Positions 51,001-60,902 of a stretch of 64,000 bases of DNA are shown in pieces. Source of the stretch: Marsupella aquatica (taxonomy: Eukaryota > Plantae > Marchantiophyta); contig OZ316895.1 in assembly GCA_973895155.1 (NCBI GenBank), positions 2,529,659 to 2,593,658 of the forward strand. Reading direction: 5' to 3'. Each line of letters begins with the position of its first letter. The stretch's first letter is position 1. Made by a program: the position numbers and the translations under genes. A model generated the notes under the pieces. It was given only the letters and a program-made list of their open reading frames with translations, made no database searches and had not been told where the DNA came from.

Positions 51001-51056
51001 TCCATCGTCTTCGGATCCTCCCTTGGCCGCTCTCTTCCCACTCCGTTCCCGTTCAT
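39069..51056 (-). CDS. DCL1: Dicer-like 1 endoribonuclease (DExH helicase, DUF283, PAZ, 2x RNase III, 2x dsRBD); 20 coding exons
   Basis: GT-AG exons approx. 51056-50025, 49412-49299, 48834-48624, 48298-47904, 47442-47211, 46908-46736, 46464-46342, 46212-46052, 45934-45701, 45054-44904, 44738-44556, 43683-43522, 43192-43097, 42950-42322, 42149-42049, 41904(or 41913)-41714, 41443-40415, 40249-40085, 39825-39434, 39240-39069. Motifs [53 protein letters not shown], plus the DCL1-specific [28 protein letters not shown]. The start codon (MNGNG) is inferred. Confidence 0.97.
40994..41098 (-). repeat. Coding 15-bp tandem repeat x7 (DANGK) inside the DCL1 RNase IIIa insertion loop
   Basis: [35 protein letters not shown]. 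Confidence 0.95.
45348..45497. repeat. 76-bp tandem duplication in DCL1 intron 9
   Basis: TTGTGTTCATTGGAAAAC...GCAAGAAAGAAGACCCC.TAGACA..GTGCAATGCACCACG occurs twice. Confidence 0.92.
49496..49926. repeat. Compound tandem repeat in DCL1 intron 1 (three ~75-100 bp units, fold-back capable)
   Basis: CTTGG.GCTA..TATT.A.AGG.TTG.T.ATTCAGCTGA..A.TTCAA.AGTCAC at ~49564, ~49643 and ~49819. GATCAG.ATTGAATCA..ATAACCCTAGCATT and CAATGCTTCAAGT each occur twice. Confidence 0.85.
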
Positions 51057-51271
51057 ACACGCACCTGTTCGAAGATATAGCGGTGGAGCACGAGAAACAA
51101 GGTCATGAACCCCCCTTAATTGTGGGTCGAGAGCGGCAGCTTCTATGATCACAACTCTTCGTTCACGTTCACGAAGGCTGCCACTACACAATTCACAGAA
51201 TTTAAACTCGGTGACTGCTCTGAGATCACATGAGGAACCTCTGTGCTAAAGAGGCATGTCTTTGAAGAAGA

Positions 51272-51385
51272 GCTAGCCTGCAGAGGTTGGAGATTTGTGA
51301 CATCGAGATAGAAGAGTAGAGGCGCTAGCCTGCAGAGTTTGGAGGTATGTGACATGGAGCTAGAAGAGTGGAGGGCTGGCCAGCT
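51272..51385. repeat. 52-bp tandem repeat (2+ copies) upstream of the DCL1 start codon
   Basis: GCTAGCCTGCAGAG.TTGGAG.T.TGTGACAT.GAG.TAGAAGAGT.GAGG at 51272 and 51324. Confidence 0.88.
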
Positions 51386-52119
51386 CCAGCAGTACAGTAC
51401 TGTAGGTCTCTCTTTTGTGAGGGAGGAGGACATGTTTCTTTGTGATGAAATTATATGTGAGGAATCCTCGTGGCGGAAGAGGGTGCCTTGTCTTTTAAAC
51501 CACACTTCCCCTTTTGTCCACATTCAGGACACGTTTCTCTTCTAGCGTGTCAGTTTGCTTCGCTATTTAGGGAGAACTTACTTTTAATTAATGATAAGTA
51601 CAGTTTGCTCTACTATTTCTCCATTCTTTCAGGAAAATTTTACTTTTAATTTGACTTTTAATGGTAACTACAGGTAGCCCAGAGCTTTTAGGGGGCAATT
51701 GTGATATAATAAAGTTTGATTAAGAATGCTTCATTGTAAAGCAAAGTCAAGCAACACTTTGACCCACCCAAAAGGAAAAGTCAAGCAACACATTGACCAC
51801 TGCACATTTCACGCTAGCACTTTTATCACAAAGGTCCCATGTGTTACAAGAACTAGATTGAAATGTGTTGTGCACAAGTTTCTTGTTGGTGCACGTGTTG
51901 CTGCATCTTTGTCACATACTTGCAAAGTGTGCTTTTTTTAAGCTGCTATATGGCCAACACCTTCTACCCTATTTTGTCTTATTAGAAGAATAAGTTCTGA
52001 ATTTTCTTTAAAATCTAGCCTAGTCTATCATTTCACTTTATATTGGTTTGAATTCATCAATTTTTCTAACCTCTTTAATTATTTCAAGTCCGTGATTTTC
52101 ATTTGATATGTTAGGTTTT

Positions 52120-52805
52120 TTGTTTTTTGTTTTTTTCAATGAAACGAGGGCGTAGGGCCCCATCAAATACCACATGAAGGGACAAAAGCCACCCCAGCAA
52201 AGGAAACAACGGTGCCCAACACCATGGGAGCAACCCGCCTAAACCAACGAAACAACTAATCAGGCCATGCCTTTCTAAACAACGATTGCATCATGGAGCC
52301 CTTCGGTTCCCAATGTTGTCTATGTCTATAAATCATAATGCTACTTTGGAGCCTGCTCTTGGTCAGTAGCAAAGTGTCTCTTCCTTCCACCCTTGAGTAT
52401 TTTATCCGTCAACATCATCATTGTTAAATGCAATTGGGGTTTCCTCAGTCTACCAAGGTTTGAGAACAACCTGGAGTTGTTCAATGGCGGTTCTAAGTTG
52501 TTTACCTTTCCTAGCAGAGTGGCAACAATCCAACATTGATTTCATATGAGTTTCAGTTTGGAGCAAAACCACCCATCCAGGCAGTCTCCCAAGGAATTGA
52601 GAGTAACTGGCAGCATTTCTTTCCTTCCAGATGCTACTACACATCTCTCCATGACCAGAACCAAGGGACCAGGCCTTCGCTTGTGCGAGAGTGGCCGAAG
52701 TGATGGCTTGGTGCAGACGACCCTGTGCAACCTGCAGAGTGGTTGAGTGTTGGAGCAGACGGTATATCTCTCTCCATCTCCCAACAACCGTACGACAGCT
52801 AAAGA
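52120..52805 (-). mobile_element. 5'-truncated L1-type LINE fragment
   Basis: 14-bp TSD ATATGTTAGGTTTT (52106-52119, 52806-52819), an A-rich (A6C)n tail on the minus strand, and the peptide SSIWKERNAASY typical of the plant L1 ORF2 C-terminus. Confidence 0.82.
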
Positions 52806-54868
52806 ATATGTTAGGTTTTACTATGATAGCTTATCATGTATTTGATGAGACTTTTATTCTGTCATTCCTTCTCTATGGCATGGCAAGGTTAGGCTCACCA
52901 GGATGCACTGGTACAAAAACCAGTGATGCCCTGTAGGTTATATCTCCATTGGTGAAAATTTTTCCAACCCTTATGGTTTAGAGGTTGACAGGTGTCACCT
53001 AAATAGTGAATCTCACAATAAGGGCCTAAAAGTAGAATACAAAGCTAGAGTACAAAACTAGCATACTTCTCTATCAACCACAAAGTACTATACCACTAAG
53101 GTACTTTGACTTATAAATTATTTACTTGTCTTTCACCTAAAAAGTAGGGTAGTTTTTTCACTTTAAAGGTGTGCAGCATTTTTATTCCATTTATTTCTTT
53201 GAATCACTATTTTAATACAATGCTATAGCTGCTATTTGATAAACTATTTAAATTAATTGGTAGTTTACGTAGGGTAAAATTGACATTATTGTCAATAAGT
53301 TAAAATAGTTGTGTCTTAGAACTAACATGCTATAATCACATACTTGCAAAGTGTGCTTTGGGATGCAAAGTTTTGGGTATGCATTTGGACTATGGATTTG
53401 TTATATAGTAACTTTAGATTAAGCAAAAGTAAGTTTTGTTTTTACTCAAAAAACTACTTTATGACAAAGATAAAGAACCGCAAAGCGCGAAAGCAATATT
53501 GACAAGCTATACGCTGTAATGCTGTTTCTAGCATGGTACGGGATGAGTTTTCTGTACTTCCCCTGTTCCTCGCCTAGTCCCGCGTATGTGGGCCCGGGAC
53601 CCTGGAAACCCTATTACTGCTCTTAAAGACTATTACGTACCTACATGATATTTTTAGGACCTTTTTGTAATGCCTTCCCGTGAGCATTCTCTCAGGAGTG
53701 GATCCTCGTCGATGCTCGTGTAGTATGCGTTGGGGGATTGCGTATGTGATTAGTACATCTTCGAATGTTCGGAGTTGTCGGGATGTGATGATTCATGTTG
53801 GTCGCAGTGCCGACCAAGTCAATACGGAATGTTGGACACGGAGGACTTTAAATGTTTATTTAGTGTATTTAATTTAATTTTAATACTAAAAACCGTAAAG
53901 ATACCGGAAGAGTCAAGTCAACTTGTCTGGCGGTGAACTGCGACTGCGAACTCATTTGGAGTCCACGAGCAAAATTTCCTCCGATTTGACACGTGCCCTA
54001 AAATATCGCAAAGGTGGTTGGAGAGTTTGATGACGCAACCACAACTACCACATGCACTAAAATATTGAGGACAATTTTACGTGCCACAAAAGTATGCATG
54101 TCTCTGACAAAGAAAATTTAATAGAGTAAATCTTACATGGGGTTATGGGATATAGTGCCCCCAACATGAGCTCTTGAATTCAAATGTGATAGCATATTAT
54201 GGCCCCCAAAAGTAGAAGTGCAATATACTTAAAGCCTTGAGTGATGTTTCTGCCAAAGGAAAAAATAAATCCTTGAAATTAAGGTCACACAATTATGCGT
54301 CCACAAAAAAGAGGAATTGGATTTTAAGCCATGAAAAGATTTGCTGGCAAAATCAAGTGTTGTGGTATTTTACTTCTTCTTTACATGGTGAAGTTTCTGT
54401 GCTTTCAATTCCATATGCCAAGATTGAAGGGTCAATGCGTAATTCTCTCCTGGACTAAAGGTGTGTGCTGTAGGAATACAAAACAAAAATCATAAAGCTA
54501 TGCACGATCAAAATAAGAATACCTCTAACAAAGCAAAAGTGGTGTGCCACTTGCTCTTGTCTAGTTTCCCCTTTGACCTGGCCATCAGGTTCAAGTAGGA
54601 CAAATGCACTTTTTTACTTTTGTAACAACATGATGGACTAATTTTGGTAACCTTGATACACCAGGTTATGCTTTGGAGAGAGTGGGGGCACTTAATGAAA
54701 CAAAGAGTGGTAAGTGATTTCATTACCTGCTACTCCAAGGGTGCTGGCTTATTTTCATGCAACCCATCACGAGCAAACAAATTTAGTATTTTTCATTGGG
54801 TTCAGTGAAAGACTTGTAAATATGTGTGAGAGATCATTAGGGCTGTTCATCTAATTTTGAGCATTTTT

Positions 54869-54931
54869 TCCAAATAGATAATGGAAATAGAGTTTTAAAT
54901 TCCAAATAGATAGTGGGAATAGAGTTTTAAA
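54869..54931. repeat. 32-bp tandem duplication
   Basis: TCCAAATAGATA.TGG.AATAGAGTTTTAAA occurs twice. Confidence 0.85.
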
Positions 54932-55095
54932 ACCTCTTGTTTGGGGTGTTTATAACCCAAACGTGCGCACTATAGGGTCCCACTAGAGTGAGATCCCCAG
55001 CATGACTATGGAAAGTGCACAATAAATACCATGTGTTCTCAACAGATTGATGGTTTCAATGAGAAGCCAAGCATGGCTCAACTTGCTCAAAACCT

Positions 55096-55167
55096 GGTTT
55101 AAGAATCTCTTAGATAACCATGCTAATTAAATTTGGAACCCATGGTTATTTAAGAGATTCATAAACC
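55096..55167. repeat. 27-bp inverted repeat with an 18-nt spacer
   Basis: GGTTTAAGAATCTCTTAGATAACCATG / CATGGTTATTTAAGAGATTCATAAACC, 25/27 Watson-Crick pairs. Confidence 0.92.
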
Positions 55168-57200
55168 CATGCTAATTACATTTGAGGAATTCGTCTAGCT
55201 CTAAAGTTAGCCAACACTTGAATCCACTACTAAAGTTGGCAAAATTGTGTCCATATGTGATTCAGAGAGGTTATATGCTTGATGGGACCCCTGCCAAAAG
55301 AAATTTAGGTGATACTCCCTTGTGAAGCTTTTGTTACAAACTAGGCCCATGTGACACTTTTGTGTCAAGTGTTCTTATAACGTTCCTATAAAGAGTTTTA
55401 GTTTAATATTATCACCAATAAGAACTACTGTAAATTTTAGAGTCAAACAATGTTGAATGACAGACTACATCCTTGGGGGAACCGCAGTCTACTAGCAACT
55501 GTTGCACAAATTGCAAGTTCCTAAGTGAAGACAATATGGTTCATGTCTTTAGGTTGCTTCATGAAACCCATGCACAGGGTTTGCATGATGTTTTGACGTT
55601 TCTTTTTGTTATTTTGTCTAAGTATGCAAGGAATCCTCTACTTTTGGCCATTGGTCCATACTACACTGTTTAAAAATTGTCCAAGTGTGGAACAAAGACA
55701 ACATGGATGTTGTCTTCTCACATCTAGACCCCAAATTTGTCTAAGTATGGAAGGAATCAAGGATTTTTTACTCTTGACTATTTTCCCTTGTTTCAACTTT
55801 CAAAATTTGTATAAGTGTGAAACAAAGACACCAGGGAGTCATAATGGGAAAATTTTGCTAGCGTGCAAGAACTAGACTAAATATTTAGACTAAGTGTTGT
55901 CTTAACCCACCATCCTGTAATGGTGAACAGGTGGATGCCTTTAAACTCTATAATCATGTGAAGACATAATCCATTATGTATTTAAGTATAGACGTACTCT
56001 ATAATAATGTGAAGACATAGTGTAGTATGTCTTCAAGCATAGACATACGCAAGGTGGACTAGGACAGAGTGTGTGATGGATTGCAATGGAAAATATACGG
56101 TTGACCATGCATTTAGGCACCACATAAGAACCATGTGTACGGAACCTACATAGGGGGCCTAGTTGGCAACAACATTTTTGTGGGGGCCTAGTTTGTAACA
56201 AAGGTTTAGTAGGGGCCTGTCACGTAATTTTATTTTGGCAAGGGTCCCATCAAACATATACCTCATGCTTCAGATCCCCAATCAAGTGTTTCTAACAAAG
56301 ATATAAAACTCTGTAGTATTGTAAATGGACTGTGGGTCTCCAAATTTGGTGATGTTTGTCAATTCTCCATTGTCTAAATAGGACCAAAATTGTCATCTAC
56401 ATAAGGTTGTTTGCTACAATTTACCCCCCAAAAAGTTACAAAACCAAGAATCCAGGGTCTAAAGTTAAAACTACTTTTCCTCATAAAAGCTTGTTCTTAT
56501 TAAGTTACCGTATGGTGAGAGTGAATTGCAGAAAAACTCACTACTGTCCCGATTTGAATGAATTGCGGGAACTATGGGTGGTTTAGAAGATGTGAAGAGG
56601 GCATTGCTTCTTTCTATTCCTCTCCAAGGTTATATATGGACCATATAATGAGTGGAAAAGGCTATAGCTGGCTTCACAAGAACTCAAGGCCCAATCAAGT
56701 ACGGTCTTTACCAATCATACATGGCAAACAGTGTACCCAAGTAAGTCCTGATGTGAAGTGTTTATTTTGTCTAGGATTTTAGACCCCATCTAAAGGTTGT
56801 AAAAAAGTTTGTTTACTTTGGATCCCTCAATTGAAAGTGCATTAATGGTATTTTCAGGCGATCTGCACCTGCTGCTTGTTGGTTGCTGCCCAAGATATTT
56901 GAACATGACATAGATATAAATACTAAGAATGAGTCAATTGATTTGTCCAATAGGCTATGGGTACTTGATAGACCAGTGGGGAGACATAGGTGCTGTGATT
57001 GAAACTCCCTTGAGGCACATACCTTTCTACACAAATCCCACCCAAAAGTGGGGTTCAGAGTATGCTCTTCATATGTAGACAAATTGACATAATTTCAGTT
57101 TGTGTGCAGGCAGCAGTTGGACAACGGAGAGTCCAAATGTAATATATGCAGTTACGGGGATTTGATTCCTTGAATGTAAAGCCGCTTAAACGGTCATTGT

Positions 57201-57309
57201 CCCAAATCCAAAACCTGGTGGATCAGGTTACCAAAACAAGTCAATAATGTTCCTAAGAATATAAAAAGTCTAAATGTTTTGTCAACCCAAAACCTGGTGG
57301 ACAGTGGCA
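57201..57309. repeat. Dispersed repeat copy 2 (similar to 1615-1728)
   Basis: Aligns by eye with 1615-1728 in the same orientation. Confidence 0.65.
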
Positions 57310-59730
57310 ATTTAAGAAGCAGACACATCCACGTCATAAATGCATCAAACTTCCTTTTTCAGTGTGGTTTGTAATTTTCCTTGCAATGACAATAAAGGTC
57401 ACCCACTTTTTGTAAAAGAGGAAACCCAAAGCGAGCTTTTTCCTCATAATGGGGCCCCAAGGGAAAGGGTAAAAGGTAACCATTTGCACATGTCTACATT
57501 ATGCAATTATGGTTCACACACAACATGCAGAACTAGCCTTACTGCACATTCTTGAAAGTAAAATAGTTCCCAGGAAAAGGCACAACACAAGCCTCCTCCT
57601 TTAGGCAGGCAGCCCTAGCGGTGGCGTGGCCTGGTACATAGGCAGCCGTGGCAACTTTGGTCCCACTAGTAAGGTCGACAACAACCACATCCTCAAGGGC
57701 CCAAACACCCCCACAAGAGAAGACTAGATCAACACGAGTCAATCTAGAACCCCATCCTGGGGGGCCGCACATGTTGTTGGTCCAAAATGATATGGCACCC
57801 AGAATCTGGGGCATGGCAGTCACCACACCCGGGTGTCACCGTGAGTTGCGGGCCTCTCATATTATGAACACTTGTAAGAAACTGGACTCCCTCCCCATGC
57901 AGGGACTCCCCACAAACACACATGAGTAGACCCTGGAGGCACAGGTGAGGCAGACGAAGCCGGAGGCGCCTGGACATGGTGAAGATGAAAGAACTCATCC
58001 AGAAAATGGCCCAAAATGGGCTAGCCAAAAGCCTAACCCCCCCAACCAGTGACCAAATTGGATGAAAGACGTGCACAAACCAGGTTCAAAAGGTGCCTCA
58101 AAAGAGTATGCTAGAAAGGGCATGTTGTTGTATGTGGTCGGAAATCAGTCTGGACTGTCCAGTATAACCCCCTCAAAGGCAGGGATGGCACTTTGCATAT
58201 CCTCAGGCAAGAGGGACAATGCATGACAAAACTGGCACTCAAACGGGTGAGCTCCATTATATTCTCCACTCGTATGACATAATCGAAGAGGATAGGTCGA
58301 AAGGACACAATGACTCAAATACTTCTTGAAGCAAAGCTGCCAATAGATTATACACTCTCTGAATGAGAGGGATGGCAAAAGTTAAGGTGAGAGGAAGGAA
58401 ACGTGAATAATATTTTCCAATGATGAGAGTTTGTATGAGCAATAAGAACACACCTTTGACAAAAAGTAAGCATACGGACAGGGCATTGGACCATGGGTAA
58501 ACTATTGATAGTGGGAAGAAATATGGCTAACGGTATGGAGAGGAGAGAACTGAAAAGTTGTAACTTATGGAGGGGAAAATTCAATTACACTACAGGCTGA
58601 CTTAGAAAAGGGATGCCCCTTATATGCAAGCTGGCAATGCAGAGTCAAGGTGTGAGAAAGACATATTTATGGAGTACCAAACAATAGGCCATGGAGGAGG
58701 TGCAAGCAGTATGTACGAGCAAAACTAAGTACTGCAATATGGCCAGGATTGCATTCCCTTCATCCATTCTTTGGACAAATAAAACTTGACTGGATCTCAC
58801 GTTTGGGCAAATTGAGGGCCTCTTCAACCACTACAAGGAACCGATCACCAGAGAGTGGAGATATGAAGGGACTCGTTCAAGGGTGGAAGGGCAGATATGC
58901 TGGCTTTTAGCAATGTTCATTTCTCGGAGAGTTTCTTCATTCCGAGGTTTGCTTCATTCGGAGGGTCTAATAACAATGCAATTTTTTCGGACGAGACAAG
59001 TGGAAATTGTGCTTTCTGGAGTCATGTGGTTGAAATGCTTAAGGAATCCCTGATTAGCGAAGCTGTGGGCATGTCCTGCGATTGAGATTCCAAGGATTTA
59101 AAGGCAGGGCAATCAACCTAAATGCACTAAATCTGGGAAGCTGTGGGCATGTCCTGCGGTTGGGCGTTGTTTTTGTGGTTCCTCTACTCGTTGCAAGTCC
59201 TTGTGAGGTGTTTTTGGTCGGTTTATCCCTGGGACATGCCGGACACCTGGGAGGTAGACCTGACTCTCTTGCTCTTGGGGACATTCACTTCTTGGCTTCT
59301 TTTACATGCCCTTTCCGTGTTGAAACGTTTTCTGTCCATTGCGCCATTGCCATCACTGGATCCCAACGCTCTTGCTTGTGGGTATGAGCTGTGGCCAAAT
59401 TAACCCAGCAGTTTCCTTTGGTTTTTATGGATACTCTGGGGATCTTGTATGTCACAGTATCTCCCTGGAGTGAATTTGTAGGTTAGAGCTCGAGAATCCG
59501 GTGCAAGCCAGCCAACGACCCTTTGTTCCCTCTTAGAGCCTCTACTCTATCAGGTTGCTTTAGGGTTTTTTAACATTGTCTAGACTACCTTGAAGCTTCA
59601 CAGAACGACTGGTGTGCGAGACTCGTGAATTCGGTGGTACGCTTTCATGATGGGATGAGCTGTGTACAACAGGCTTTACTGGAGGTACGAACTCAGGTTC
59701 CTGCTTTCAGAAATCGTTACGATTTTCCTC

Positions 59731-59752
59731 AAACCCTAGAGATTTAGGGTTA
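59731..59752. promoter_or_regulatory. Telo-box (AAACCCTA) with an inverted partner upstream of RUS4
   Basis: AAACCCTAGAGATTTAGGGTT lies about 0.9 kb upstream of the RUS4 ATG. Telo-boxes are common near plant transcription starts; function is not shown here. Confidence 0.35.
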
Positions 59753-60385
59753 GCGTAACCTGCGGAACAACGCTCTCCCGCCGGAAATCTTTCATACTTG
59801 GCTGACAGGATTATTTTGACATGATTGGCCTAGAAAATGGGATTTTGGGTGTGAAACAAATTCATGATGGCGGACTTACACAAATTCATCGTCGCCATGC
59901 TGAGCTTTTCGAAGACCCACTTTAGCTCAACAGAGCAATGATGAATTATTGTAAATCGACGGATCAGGGCAGTAATGACGTATTTGTGTGATTTTATTGT
60001 TCAGTATTGGAATAATGAATTCACAGACCTAAAGATAGCGACGACGAATGTGTAGAAGCCGCCCATTGATCCCGCGTTGCAGATCAAACGACGAACTCTG
60101 TGGTTCTGTTGCCTCTGAGGGGATCGAACTTGCAGTGAAATGAATTTCAATTACCTACGCTTTCGAGGGAATGATAATTGATAGTTGAATCCTGGGATTC
60201 CTTTTCACATGGCTCGAACTGGCAACTGATTTTGTGATTCAACTCCGTGCGTTGTTATTATATTTTAGAGTTGATACAACCAGCTTCTTACAGATTATAG
60301 TTTCTGAAGCTGTGTTTAATGCTCTAATTTTGGGAATGTGCAGATATACCAGGGTTCCTACCATTTCTGTCGCTATGCCTTTGGT

Positions 60386-60902
60386 ATAGATTTCAGGTCT
60401 AAGCTGGGCGTGCTCAGGAGCTCGATTCCTTGCCATGTTATCAGAGCAGTGCTTGTTGTCGATACTCCATGGCCCGTAGGTCGATACCAGCAGCACATCG
60501 GGCAAGTGATCTCTTATCCGCAACGAGGATGCCAAGCCACTGCAGGTGCGGATGGTTACAGTAGAAAAAAGATTCAATTGAGGGAATTGCAAGACTGACA
60601 TCTTTTTTGCGGACTTTCTTTCCGGGATATTGAAGCCCGATAGATTTCAGGCCTATGCAGGACGTTCTGAGGAGCTTGTCTCCATGCCACGTTATCAGAG
60701 CATTGCATGTTGTCGATACTCCATGCCCCGTGGGCCGATACCAGAAGAGAATCGGGCAAGTGAAATTTGAAATCCCGAACCAGAAACGAGGATGTCAAGC
60801 CACTGCAGATGCGGATGGCCAGAGTAGAAAACATCCGATTGAGGGAGTTGTCGAGACTGGAATCTTTTCTGCGGACTTCCTTTCCAGGATATTGAATCCC
60901 CA
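60386..60902 (+). repeat. ~254-bp tandem duplication of the RUS4 5' end (upstream copy has lost the ATG)
   Basis: ATAGATTTCAGG at 60386 and 60640, with shared GTTATCAGAGCA, GTTGTCGATACTCCATG, ATCGGGCAAGTGA, CAAGCCACTGCAG and GGATATTGAA. Copy 1 has AAG in place of ATG and reaches a stop at 60598. Confidence 0.9.

Noticed and set aside
57539-59403. Scattered ORFs and a 26-bp direct repeat (GAAGCTGTGGGCATGTCCTGCG.TTG)
   Set aside because: No recognisable domain; possibly old TE debris, but unsupported.
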